This document shows, in pieces, positions 18,589 through 28,274 of a stretch of DNA of 64,000 bases; the first letter of the stretch is position 1; every line of letters starts with the position of its first letter. Location of the stretch: assembly GCA_965208105.1 (NCBI GenBank), contig OZ242318.1, positions 1,664,001 through 1,728,000 of the forward strand. Reading direction: 5' to 3'. A model generated the notes under the pieces. That model was not told where the DNA came from, searched no databases, and saw nothing but the letters and a program-made list of their open reading frames with translations. The position numbers were made by a program, and so were the translations under genes. Source of the stretch: Candidatus Latescibacterota bacterium (GTDB lineage Bacteria > Latescibacterota > UBA2968 > UBA8231).

Positions 18589-20196
18589 TCAATAGCGCAT
18601 GGAAAGCTGGACACAATCCAACACCAGCGGAGTCTGAGCGGCTTCGTTCCGGCGTTGCAGCATAAGCTCGACCTGGTTCTCGCCCCTCCTGACCTGCTCC
18701 GGCCGCAGCCGGCACTCCAGCCAGCTTCCGGTCGATCCGGCATGCTGCTCCTCACCCGGCGCCAGTTGCAGTGCGGCGCCGTTGAGTTCAACCGATAACC
18801 TTTCCTCCGCCGTCAACTCCCAGAGATGCAAGCGGAAACGCAGCTCCGCGATGCCGCGCGTGTTCGGGTCTTCACCTACCTGGAAGTGAAGGCCGAGGGG
18901 AACTCCTGCCTGTATTTCCACCTCGAACGCCTGCCCGAAGCTCGAGTCGCCCCCGAACCCGTCGATGCCGAACAGCTTGTCCTTGCCCGCCATGGTTGCC
19001 GGGTCGCCGATCTCCCGCCATACCTCGGGATCGCCCAACCCGGGATTGAAGATGTAGATGCCGTCGGCTCCGGCGTTGAACAGGTTCATGGCGGCGCCGC
19101 GCCATGCCGCCCTTGTTCCTTCCCAGTTGTTGAGTACCGGAATGTAGGACGGTTTGCCCAGGCGCTCGGGTTGGCCGCCATACAGGGTTTCCAGCCATTC
19201 TCCGCGGGTCCGGTGCCTGCCCCTGGAGAGGCCGAGGAAGACCCAGTGACACCAGAACGCCCAGTCGAGGCAGGGATATACCGGTACATGGTGCCGGTGA
19301 CCCAGCTCGATGATATCCGCAAACGACTCGCTCATGGACGACTCGCTGCCGCCGCCCGGAATCAGCAGGTCGAGCAGGTCTTCCTCGAGCCATTGCTCCA
19401 GGTCGACGCCGATGAAACGCGCATCTGCCGTATTGAACGGCGTGCGCGCCGCCAGCAGCAGCGGGCGTCCTCTCTGCTCACCCACCTCGTCAGCCAGATT
19501 GCGGACTCGGCGCACCAGACCACTCATCATGTCCAGGTGCTCCCGCTCCACCGGTTGCATCTCCAGGGTCGGACGGAAGTACGGGTAGTGGCGGAAAAAG
19601 TCCAGCTCCATGCCGTCCACGTCGTAGCTGCGCGCCACTTCCTCGATGATGGAGAAGACGTGGTCTCGAACCTCGGGGAAACCATAGTCGAGGGAAGTCC
19701 AGGCACCGCCGTCGCCGGGCTCGCCCATGAGGAACTGCGGGTGGTCGCGCTTGAACGGAGACAGGCCGTAGTCCCAGCGGCGCTCACCCTCGGCGTAGGA
19801 GTCGTGGACGTCGTTCATGCGCAGCGACCAGAACGACTCCATGCCGTGCTCGTGGCTGAAGTCGGTGTGAATCTGCAGGGTGTCGCGGCCGTATTTTTCC
19901 ACCAGTTGCAGCGGCATCTCCCTGCCATAGAAGCCGCCCAGTTTCGTCTGGTGCGAAAAGGTGAGTCCGGCCATGCAGCTGCAATACCAGTTGCTGTCCA
20001 CCTGCGATCCGATCAAGGGCGTGTTGCGCGCATTGAGGAAATCGTCGATGATCTCACCCTCTGTGCGCACGGTGAGGCCTTCGGCGGCGTCGTGTTCCAG
20101 TTCCGCACCCGTGCGCGCGTAGACGGCATCGTCCCCATCGTTGTTGTAGATGATGCGCCGTTTGCGCCGGCGCGCCTGTCTTCTCGCTTCGTCCAT
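18589..20196 (-). CDS. GHL10-like TIM-barrel putative glycoside hydrolase with C-terminal beta-sandwich
   Basis: RRIIYNNDG, SLRMNDVHD, LDYGFPEVR, YDVDGMELDFFR and GADGIYIFN. Confidence 0.7.
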   Translation of the reverse strand: MDEARRQARRRKRRIIYNNDGDDAVYARTGAELEHDAAEGLTVRTEGEIIDDFLNARNTPLIGSQVDSNWYCSCMAGLTFSHQTKLGGFYGREMPLQLVEKYGRDTLQIHTDFSHEHGMESFWSLRMNDVHDSYAEGERRWDYGLSPFKRDHPQFLMGEPGDGGAWTSLDYGFPEVRDHVFSIIEEVARSYDVDGMELDFFRHYPYFRPTLEMQPVEREHLDMMSGLVRRVRNLADEVGEQRGRPLLLAARTPFNTADARFIGVDLEQWLEEDLLDLLIPGGGSESSMSESFADIIELGHRHHVPVYPCLDWAFWCHWVFLGLSRGRHRTRGEWLETLYGGQPERLGKPSYIPVLNNWEGTRAAWRGAAMNLFNAGADGIYIFNPGLGDPEVWREIGDPATMAGKDKLFGIDGFGGDSSFGQAFEVEIQAGVPLGLHFQVGEDPNTRGIAELRFRLHLWELTAEERLSVELNGAALQLAPGEEQHAGSTGSWLECRLRPEQVRRGENQVELMLQRRNEAAQTPLVLDCVQLSMRY

Positions 20197-20231
20197 CAGG
20201 TTCCTCCGTCGACAGCGGGTTTATGGGAAAA

Positions 20232-21731
20232 TCACAACTTCCCCAGTATCTCGGCCACCTTCTCTTCGAACTGCGCCTGCCATTCCGGCGCCACCAGGCA
20301 GTCGGTGTCCTCCTGGGCTCTTCCCCTGTTCTTCAGCTGTTCGACCGTGGGCGTGTAGAAGATATATCCGTTGGTAACCCCGGCGACAAAGGTGAATTGG
20401 TGGGGAGACCGGCTCTTGATATTGAGCCCTATCTCTACGGGCAGCTCCCCCGGAAAGGTGACCAGGATGAAATCTCCGACCCTCAGCCCCGCCACCTCCA
20501 CCTCGATCGTTCCCGTGTCGGAGGCCGAGTTCGACGCCTGTTTCTGCTTCAGCATATCGATGTTTATCTGGATTTTCGTCAGTTCCTCCATGATGTAGAT
20601 ATTCTCGATATAGCGGTCCATGTTCCTCTTTTTCTGGGCATCGAGTCGGACCAGGTCGTCTCTCCCCATCATCTTTTCGTGCAAATACCGATAGGAGTAG
20701 TAGGATGGATACTCGGGGAAGAGGCGGTACTTCACGAACTGGGTAATGAAGCTCTTCAGGTTGAAATTGGTCCCCTTCAGAAAAATCTTACCCCTCGTGG
20801 TGGGGGACGTGAGGGAGAGGGTCAGGGACTTCAGCAAGCTTCGCTGCTCCTGCTCCATCTCGGCGATGAGATGCTCCAGGTCCGCCCGCGGCAGCTCGAG
20901 CGTCTCGTTGATCAGTTTCAGCGGACCCTCCCCTCGAGTCCGGATCTTCCTCAAGGCCCTCAAGGTGCTGAGACCGAGCAGGTTTCCCAGCGGCTCCGCG
21001 TCGCGGAGATAGTCTATATCGTTCCCCTTGTAAAAGCCGGGATTGACGTCCGCGCCACAGCCCTGGGTGAACAGGGCGATTGTGCCTTCGCTCAGATTCT
21101 CCTCGATCACGCCGGAGGCGAAGCCGGATATGTCGGCGGTGTTTCCGCCGCCGGGGACCTCCTGAATCGGATGGCAGGCGAAGTTGTAGACGACCGCCAG
21201 CGCGCGTCCGTCTTCCCGGTCGAGCCGCAGGATGCCGATTTCAGGATCGACCGGCCCGACCCCCACCACCTCTTCGTCGGGAGGAAGGCCGTAGAGTTGG
21301 CGGACATCCGCCTCCCTGCCGTTTCTCAGCTTGACTCTGCGGTTCTCCATGATCCTGTCTTCGTGGCCGCTGCCCGCGCCGACGGATACGGGCTCCATCT
21401 TCCCCCATGCTTCCCTCACGGCCTGGACCGTGCGTTGCTCGATATCGGCGCACACGTCTCCGTGACAGTGGGTGGCGCTGATCAGCAGATTCGCCGGCTC
21501 CAGGTTCAACTCTCTTTCGAGTTGCGAACGCACGTTGGCGAGGTAGTCGTCCTGAACGATGCCGAGTTCGGCGATGGTCACCACGTCGACGGAAACGAGA
21601 ACCGCCGTTGTAGTGCCATCCTCCAGTACCAGTGCTCTCGCATATAGAGGGTCGTTGACGGGGCGCGGGCCGCTTGCGCTTATTTCCACTTTTGCGGCCC
21701 CCGCGCGCAGCTGGCTGCCTGATGCACTCAT
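20232..21731 (-). CDS. Neutral/alkaline ceramidase N-terminal-like hydrolase, function unknown
   Basis: LRAGAAKVEI, DPLYARALVL, ISATHCH, YNFACHP, QGCGADVNP, FPGEL and NGYIFYTPT. Start at 21731 after GAGGAG. Confidence 0.7.
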   Translation of the reverse strand: MSASGSQLRAGAAKVEISASGPRPVNDPLYARALVLEDGTTTAVLVSVDVVTIAELGIVQDDYLANVRSQLERELNLEPANLLISATHCHGDVCADIEQRTVQAVREAWGKMEPVSVGAGSGHEDRIMENRRVKLRNGREADVRQLYGLPPDEEVVGVGPVDPEIGILRLDREDGRALAVVYNFACHPIQEVPGGGNTADISGFASGVIEENLSEGTIALFTQGCGADVNPGFYKGNDIDYLRDAEPLGNLLGLSTLRALRKIRTRGEGPLKLINETLELPRADLEHLIAEMEQEQRSLLKSLTLSLTSPTTRGKIFLKGTNFNLKSFITQFVKYRLFPEYPSYYSYRYLHEKMMGRDDLVRLDAQKKRNMDRYIENIYIMEELTKIQINIDMLKQKQASNSASDTGTIEVEVAGLRVGDFILVTFPGELPVEIGLNIKSRSPHQFTFVAGVTNGYIFYTPTVEQLKNRGRAQEDTDCLVAPEWQAQFEEKVAEILGKL

Positions 21732-21883
21732 TGTCGTCTCCTCACGTTGGTTTCCCCCCATGCAAATGAAGCGGATACACCAAAGCTGAAAGCTCTGCAG
21801 ATGAACGCCGTTTCGTCAAGGGAGCGGACTGGTGCGGCGGCGCACGGCCGGGCCTCGTGCCTGGACGAGCTCTCCCTCCGCTG

Positions 21884-22921
21884 TCAAAAGGCGAGAAACC
21901 GGGCCGGATTCGCCACCATTATGCCGTCGATATCCGCGGCGCTGAGTCCCTGGGCCCGGAGCCGCGGAACGATGTGCTCGAGGACGTGGGCGTAGCCGTA
22001 GCCTCCGAAGGCGGTGAGGTCCATCCGGTAACAGCAGTCCTGGCCGGCCATGATGGAATCGAGATAGCCGCGGCGCACCAGTTCGGCGATCGCATCCACC
22101 CGCAGATTGTCGCTGGGATGCTGGCGCCCCAGATGGGCGTAGTAGATTTCGCGGCCAAAGGTGTCGAAACTCAGCTTGCAGCCGGTATCCGCCAGATGGC
22201 GGTAGAGATCGAGATCGTCACGGAATCTCGCCCCCACGTGGCTCATGATCACCCGCTCGGGGTCGACTCCGTCGCGGCGCAACAGCTCCAGGACCTGAAT
22301 GGGAGAGTGCGGGCTTTGCCCTGGATGGATCGACATCGGCGCCCCCGTCTCCAGGTGCGCCCGGGCGGCAGCATGCAGGCACTTCTCCTCGTTGGGATGC
22401 AGGGGCCAGGAGGATCCGATCTCGCCGATGAGGCCGGAACGGACACCGGTATGGTCAATGCCGTCCCGAACGCAGCCGGCGATTTCGGCCGCGATGCCTT
22501 CGCCGGTTTTTTCGTCCATGTCCGGCGGATGGGATGGAAAGATGTAGTAGCCGCATCCTGCGACGATGTGCAGGCCGGTCGCCGCCGAGATCCGGCGCAG
22601 TCCCTCGGGCTGGGGGGAGATGCCGTTGATCGTCTGGTCGACGATGGCCCGTCCGCCGGCTGCCTGGAACAGGGAGGCCTCGGCGATGGCCAAGTCCTCC
22701 TCCAGCATATGCAGGTTGTGCCGCGAGCTCGTGGAGTTGCGCCGCACCCAGCCCAGATTGCTGAGCTGAACCGGCTCTTCGGCAAGCGCTTTGCCCCGCT
22801 CATCCTCCGGTTCTGCGAAGTAGCAGGAGAGGTCGAACAGCAGATGTTCGTGAATCAGGGTCGAGCCCAACTCCTCCGGGGCGAGCGGACCGCGCACCGT
22901 CATGATCTGCTGGTTTGCCAC
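21884..22921 (-). CDS. Phosphotriesterase-related amidohydrolase
   Basis: IMTVRG, LIHEHL, GLIGEIG, SIHP, MSHV, FDTFG, GQD, GGYGYAH and NPARFL. GTG start after GGAGGA. Confidence 0.9.
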   Translation of the reverse strand: MANQQIMTVRGPLAPEELGSTLIHEHLLFDLSCYFAEPEDERGKALAEEPVQLSNLGWVRRNSTSSRHNLHMLEEDLAIAEASLFQAAGGRAIVDQTINGISPQPEGLRRISAATGLHIVAGCGYYIFPSHPPDMDEKTGEGIAAEIAGCVRDGIDHTGVRSGLIGEIGSSWPLHPNEEKCLHAAARAHLETGAPMSIHPGQSPHSPIQVLELLRRDGVDPERVIMSHVGARFRDDLDLYRHLADTGCKLSFDTFGREIYYAHLGRQHPSDNLRVDAIAELVRRGYLDSIMAGQDCCYRMDLTAFGGYGYAHVLEHIVPRLRAQGLSAADIDGIMVANPARFLAF

Positions 22922-23002
22922 GGTGAGGACTCCTCCATGGAAAAGGGTCTTTAAGGTGTCCCGGCCGGGGCTGCCCGTCAAGAGCGGAGCACATCGCCAG
23001 GC

Positions 23003-23752
23003 CTAAACCTCAATGCGGGTCTTCTCCGGCTTTTCTCCGCTGGTCATCCATTGGATGATGTCGTCGGTGGTCATGACGTATCCCCAGATGCGGCCGAAGA
23101 GGATCTGGGTGGCTTCGGCGCTGCCGGGGTCCAGGGTGGCCACCGCATCCGAGGCGATGATGACGTTGAACCCGCGGTCGGCGGCATCGGTGGCCGTGGC
23201 CAGCACGCACATGTCGGCGGCTACCCCGGTCAGCACCATGGTCTCGATGCGCATGTTGCGCAGATACAGATCGATCGGCGTCGCGTGGAATGCGCTGCTG
23301 GTGTTCTTGTCCAGGACCAGTTCGTCCGCGCGGGGGGAGACCCGGGGGTCGATCTCATAGGCTGGATCGCCCTTGACCGCCATGTGGCCCGACTCTTCTT
23401 CGGTGGATGCCAGGGCGACTTCCTCGCGGCCGCGGCGGCGCGCGATCATGTCGTCGCCACTGCGGGTCTGGGCTCCGTGACGGGTGAAGAACACCCGCCG
23501 TTCGTCGTCGCGAAAGACGCCGAGGAGACGTTGGATATTCGCGATCATCGTTTCCGCCCGCTCGCGGAAGCCCGCCTGCAGCTCGGGGCTGTGGCGACGT
23601 ACCGTGTGCGCGAGATGTCCATCGCTGTCGAGAACATATCCCTGGACATCGATCACCCCCAGCGCCGTGGAAGGCGGACGAATCGGCAGCTCGAAGTGGA
23701 ACCCCGCCCGGGGCCACTCCGCATCGCTCAGGATCTCAATTTTCTTTGGCAC
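23003..23752 (-). CDS. Isochorismatase-like cysteine hydrolase
   Basis: VIDVQ, DKNTSSAF and GVAADMCV (D-K-C triad), DAADRGF. GTG start estimated. Confidence 0.88.
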   Translation of the reverse strand: MPKKIEILSDAEWPRAGFHFELPIRPPSTALGVIDVQGYVLDSDGHLAHTVRRHSPELQAGFRERAETMIANIQRLLGVFRDDERRVFFTRHGAQTRSGDDMIARRRGREEVALASTEEESGHMAVKGDPAYEIDPRVSPRADELVLDKNTSSAFHATPIDLYLRNMRIETMVLTGVAADMCVLATATDAADRGFNVIIASDAVATLDPGSAEATQILFGRIWGYVMTTDDIIQWMTSGEKPEKTRIEV

Positions 23753-23800
23753 GATTCGACCCCCGGCTGGAGAGTATAAGCCAAGACATCCCAATCCTGC

Positions 23801-25384
23801 CTACAGCCGGTAGGCGAACAGCTTCGCCTGGAACATCCTGATGCGCATGACCACCGACTCGCCCACGGCGGAGATGTCGCTGTTGCCGTTCCAGGTGACG
23901 GCGCGGTCGGTCTCGTCGCCGAGCAGGCGGTCGCAATCGGCAAAGGTGAATCCGGGGACCGGGTCGAGATCGGGCTGAAACATGGTGGGGTTGCGCTGCA
24001 GCAGCTCGACGGAGATCCAGCCTGCCGGGGCGCAGCGGTAGTTGAACCGCAGCTGATTCTCCTTGCGATAGATGGATGGGATGGTGAAGCGGCCCTCGAG
24101 CTCCGCTTCGATGCCACAGAAACGGTGGGGTTCCCAGATTGCATAGCGGATCTGTCCCGGGCGCTTCAGGGGCAGCAGCTTTTCAAGCAATTCATCGCGC
24201 ACATTGTGCAGCCTGGAGGTGCCGGTGTGGGGCACCGCCCACCTGCCGCCCGGCAACTCCACGAGTCCGCTGCGCCAGCAGTGGGTGCCGCATTCGTCGC
24301 CGCTGCCGGGTTCGCCCGTGGCGGCCGCCACCCGGCGGTCGGTCCGCGTCCAGAACAGGCCGTCCCTGCTGAAAGCGAGCTGCGAATCCATGTTGTCGCT
24401 GGCGCGATGGTAGACCGGCACGACCATGGCGTGCAGATCGGTGCGTCCCGGATAGGGGAAGTAGTTGGCGCCGTAGAAGTCGATGTCGTAGGGGTCCTGC
24501 GGGTCGGGCCGCAGAATCAGCTTTGGTGCCGGCCACTTGGAGAAATCGCTGGTGCAGGAGAAGGCGATGGTGCGCAGCTGCGTCTCCTCCTCGATGCTGG
24601 CGCTGCCGATCCCCTTCAAGGCCTCCGCCTCGTACCCCATGATCTGCTGATAGCAGATGTACTGTTCGGTGTCCTTGTCGTAGCGCGCCGATATACCGCC
24701 GTTTACCGGCCGGTTGCCCAGCATCTCCGGCATCGGGGTCCAGCGGTGCCCGTCGGCCGAGGTCCAGCCCAGCATTCGGCCCCAAATCACCGCCCTCGGT
24801 CCGGTGTAGGCATCCCCCTCGTATTCCTGGGCATCGAAGCGCTTCTGCGCCTCATCCCCGTCCAACGGCTCGAGGGTAGCCGGGTCGTACCAGGCCATAT
24901 CTCCACCCATCGCCTTGAAGCGCTCCTCCGGCGCGCAGTAGGGGTCGATGAAGACACCCGTGCACCCTTCGATGCCTTCGCCAAGCAGATTGTTTTCGGT
25001 GGAACCATCGTACTCCACCTCGTTCAATACCGGCCGCCTCCACTCGAAGGCGTCGTCGCTGGTTGCCAGACACGTTCCGTACCTCGCCGAGTACAGCATT
25101 TTGAACTGGTTGTCCGCCTTCCAGATGAACAGCGGCGAGACCGAGCCCTGCTCCCAGGGCTCGGTTCCTTCGAGCAATGGCGCGGAACGGCTGGCAAGCT
25201 CGACGCGCAGCTCAACTCCTATCGCTCCGTCGTAGAGATCGTAGTTGCCCTGGCGATCGACGCTGCGATTGCCGCAAAAGATGTCGGTGGTATCCACCAG
25301 TGGATTCCAGGTGCCAGCGTTGCGGCGGATCCGCGACGAGCGCAGCTGCGGCTCGGTGAAGGGTGAAGCTTTCTTCTTTGCCAT
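23801..25384 (-). CDS. Five-bladed beta-propeller glycoside hydrolase-like protein (GH32/GH43 clan-like) with C-terminal sandwich
   Basis: ATSDDAFEWRRPVLNEVEYDGSTENN, ERFKAM, SADGHRW, SRDGLFW and GFTFADCDRLLGD...VTW. Paralog of 42644 and 46223. Confidence 0.65.
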   Translation of the reverse strand: MAKKKASPFTEPQLRSSRIRRNAGTWNPLVDTTDIFCGNRSVDRQGNYDLYDGAIGVELRVELASRSAPLLEGTEPWEQGSVSPLFIWKADNQFKMLYSARYGTCLATSDDAFEWRRPVLNEVEYDGSTENNLLGEGIEGCTGVFIDPYCAPEERFKAMGGDMAWYDPATLEPLDGDEAQKRFDAQEYEGDAYTGPRAVIWGRMLGWTSADGHRWTPMPEMLGNRPVNGGISARYDKDTEQYICYQQIMGYEAEALKGIGSASIEEETQLRTIAFSCTSDFSKWPAPKLILRPDPQDPYDIDFYGANYFPYPGRTDLHAMVVPVYHRASDNMDSQLAFSRDGLFWTRTDRRVAAATGEPGSGDECGTHCWRSGLVELPGGRWAVPHTGTSRLHNVRDELLEKLLPLKRPGQIRYAIWEPHRFCGIEAELEGRFTIPSIYRKENQLRFNYRCAPAGWISVELLQRNPTMFQPDLDPVPGFTFADCDRLLGDETDRAVTWNGNSDISAVGESVVMRIRMFQAKLFAYRL

Positions 25385-25509
25385 GGAATTCCTTTCCAAG
25401 AGATTCAGGTTGCGCCCGAGCTTATCCGAGTCCCCTGATCAGGACAAGGCTCGATGCGAGATCAAGGTAGAACTAGGGCATCTTTCTGGCCCTCCGTCAA
25501 GGCGCCTGC

Positions 25510-26553
25510 TCAGGAGGAGTCGTGCTCCTTGGAACACCGCTTTACCAGGTCGCTCAATCTATCCACGTCCTCCATCGTGGTGTCGAATCCGGACATCCAG
25601 CGCACCTGCGCCTCGATCGGGTCGACGGTGGCGAAGAAAAACTCCTTTTCCAGGTCGTCCAGCCACTCGGGGGGAATCCTCGCGAAGACCGCGTTGATCT
25701 CCACCGGGTAGACGATCTCCACCCCGTCGACCCCGCGCACCCGGCTGGCCAGCTCCGCCGCCATCGCGTTCTCGTGAAGAGCGATCCGGCGCCAGAGGCC
25801 GTTCTCCAGCAGAGCTTCGAACTGGACCGAGAGAAAGCGCATCTTGGAAGCGAGCTGCAGGCCCTGCTTGCGCACGTAGGGAAAGTCGCGGCCCAGCTCG
25901 GGATTCAGAAAGACCACCGCCTCCCCGATCAGCAAACCGTTCTTGGTGCCGCCGAAGGACAGGACGTCCACTCCCACGTCGGTGGTAATCTCCCTGAAAC
26001 CGCAGTCCAGAAAGGCGGCGGCATTGGGCAGGCGCGAACCATCCATGTGCACCAGCAGGCCCGACCGGTGGGCGCGCTCGGCCAGGGCGGCGATTTCATC
26101 GGGACGATAGACGGTGCCAGCCTCGGTGGGCTGGGTAAGTGAAACGAGGCGGGGCTGGGCGACGTGCTGGTTGCCGACATGATCTATGTAGAGGTCGATG
26201 GCATCGGCGGAAATCTTGCCGTCGACCGCCGGCGCCGGCAGCAGTTTGGCGTGCTTGTCCGCCGCTCCGCATTCGTCGACGAAGATGTGGGAGGTCTCGG
26301 CGCATATCACGCCATCCGTCGAGCGGGTCGTCTCCGCCACGCTCATCACGTTGGCGGCGGAACCATTGAAGACGAAGTAGGCCCTCGCCTCGGGGGAGAA
26401 ATGCTCTCTGAACGCCGCGGCCGCCCGCTCGGTGAAGGGGTCGTCTCCGTAAGAGGGCACGTGCCCCTCGTTGGCAGCCAGGATGGCGGCCAGGATCTCG
26501 GGGTGCACCCCCGTCTGGTGGTCGCCGTAGAATCCTCTCATGCGGCCGATCAT
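25510..26553 (-). CDS. Low-specificity L-threonine aldolase (PLP-dependent)
   Basis: SYGDDP, GSAANV, HIFVDECGA, TQPTEAGTVY, HMDGSRL and SFGGTKNG (PLP Lys). Confidence 0.9.
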   Translation of the reverse strand: MIGRMRGFYGDHQTGVHPEILAAILAANEGHVPSYGDDPFTERAAAAFREHFSPEARAYFVFNGSAANVMSVAETTRSTDGVICAETSHIFVDECGAADKHAKLLPAPAVDGKISADAIDLYIDHVGNQHVAQPRLVSLTQPTEAGTVYRPDEIAALAERAHRSGLLVHMDGSRLPNAAAFLDCGFREITTDVGVDVLSFGGTKNGLLIGEAVVFLNPELGRDFPYVRKQGLQLASKMRFLSVQFEALLENGLWRRIALHENAMAAELASRVRGVDGVEIVYPVEINAVFARIPPEWLDDLEKEFFFATVDPIEAQVRWMSGFDTTMEDVDRLSDLVKRCSKEHDSS

Positions 26554-28274
26554 GGATCACGATCCCGGCTGTGGTGGACGATGATCAACTCCAGGTTGGT
26601 AAGCGCGAGGACGTCAGGCCGCCGGGGATCGTCCGGCGGCAGGGTCATGCCATCCGGGTCGGGCACGTGGCGCTCCACCTTCACCTTGAACTCATTCACC
26701 CCCTGCTTCACCGCGAAACGGGTGAGCAGGACCTCCAGGCGGCCGACCCGGTACCAGATGGCCGGATAGTCCGGCTCCACGAAGTCCTGCCGCGAGATCT
26801 CCTCCCCGTTGAGGAAGAAGCGGACCTGGTCTTCCCGGGTGAAATGGCGCAGGCCGATCACCAGGACCACCTTCTCCAGGCGTCCGCTCTCGGCTGCCGC
26901 CGGAAGGTCGTCGGCCACCCTCAGTTGAAGGGCGTAGTCGCGGCCCTCCTCGAGACCCAGGGGCAGCTGATCGCACAGGAGGTAATGCTTGTCGCAGCGG
27001 GCACTGGCGGCGGCTGATTTCAGCTCTCTGAGCAGGGAGAAATCCTGCGGCCGCTGGAAGTCGCGCCCGGCGCTCTGTTGCCGGGGCCACCAGACGTGCA
27101 GGCCCGAAGCCCCCGCTTGCCGGTAGAGCAGATTCGCCGCCTGCAGCATCTCGGTGCTGGGGCGGATCTGGGTGAACTGGTCGCTCATGATCTCGCTTAT
27201 GCATCCCAGCACCTGGCAATCGGTGCCCCGTGCCGCTCGCACGCAATCTTCCACGGCGGCAACGTGCTCGTTGGCCGCGATGGACCCCACCGGAGCCACC
27301 AGGTCCGCCGAGCCTTCCCGGATCCAGCGCGCCACGTCCAGCCCGACCTGGTCGCGCAGCATCTCCAGCCCCTGGTGCGCAAAGAACCTGTACAGGAGGC
27401 GGATGGGGCGGCCTCTATTTTCCCCTATTCTGCGCGTTTCCGCCTTCAGGTCGGCGGCGAACCGGGTCATCAGCTCGCGCCCGGCGTCGACCTCGTCCCG
27501 TTTGAAGAAGTGGGGATCGGCACAGAGGTTGATCTGCAGACCGTCCAGTTCGTAGCGCGCGCACAACTCCTGCGCCACCGCCAACCGGTAGCGGCGCACC
27601 TCGTCGCGGCCGAAGTCCAACCGGGCGCAGAAAGCCGTCTCCGGCTTGGAATGGGTGTCGCCGTCCGGCGCCGGGGCCTGGTAGACCGGTCTGTAGGCCT
27701 CGGCACCGGGGTTCAGATCGGTGCGGTGACACTCGTAACCGAGGAGATACTCGGGGTGCTCCAGCAGAAAGCGGCCGGCGGGCAGCCCGGAACCGTCCAG
27801 ATGGTGGATCGCCGCGTCCGACTGATTGATCTGGAGCTCCATAAAGACCTGGAACCCCTTCCGGTGCGCCGCCTCGATTATGGCCGCCCACGGATCGAAC
27901 CCGTGTGCCTCGAACCGCTTGAAGTTCTCGGCGAGGCGCCACCAGCCCAGGGCGTGGAGAAAGGAAACGTACTCGCCGCCTCCGGCGGTGCGCGGAGTGA
28001 GACCGTATTCCCTTTCCAGGCGGGGCTGAATCGCGGTGACCGGCTCCCCTGCCTCGGTGTCGTAGCACAAGAACTGGTTGCCCGCGTCGACGCGGAACAC
28101 CAGCGCGTCGACCCCGGTCCCCACGAAGGGAAAGACGAAGTCGTCGAGGATGCGGTCCCTGGCCTGCTCGACCCTGAGATCGGCCGGCGCCCCGGTGGAG
28201 AGATAGCAGGGTCCCAGCCAGTGGGTCCCGCTGTCGGCGACGAAAAGCTGATAGGAGGCGTCGGACCCGTTCAC
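26550..28274 (-). CDS. GHL10-like TIM-barrel protein, unknown function
   Basis: FLLEHPEY, LDFGRDEVR, YELDGLQINL, DVARWIREG and DKHY, plus a C-terminal FFLNG sandwich. Overlaps both neighbours by 4 bp. Confidence 0.65.
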   Translation of the reverse strand: MNGSDASYQLFVADSGTHWLGPCYLSTGAPADLRVEQARDRILDDFVFPFVGTGVDALVFRVDAGNQFLCYDTEAGEPVTAIQPRLEREYGLTPRTAGGGEYVSFLHALGWWRLAENFKRFEAHGFDPWAAIIEAAHRKGFQVFMELQINQSDAAIHHLDGSGLPAGRFLLEHPEYLLGYECHRTDLNPGAEAYRPVYQAPAPDGDTHSKPETAFCARLDFGRDEVRRYRLAVAQELCARYELDGLQINLCADPHFFKRDEVDAGRELMTRFAADLKAETRRIGENRGRPIRLLYRFFAHQGLEMLRDQVGLDVARWIREGSADLVAPVGSIAANEHVAAVEDCVRAARGTDCQVLGCISEIMSDQFTQIRPSTEMLQAANLLYRQAGASGLHVWWPRQQSAGRDFQRPQDFSLLRELKSAAASARCDKHYLLCDQLPLGLEEGRDYALQLRVADDLPAAAESGRLEKVVLVIGLRHFTREDQVRFFLNGEEISRQDFVEPDYPAIWYRVGRLEVLLTRFAVKQGVNEFKVKVERHVPDPDGMTLPPDDPRRPDVLALTNLELIIVHHSRDRDP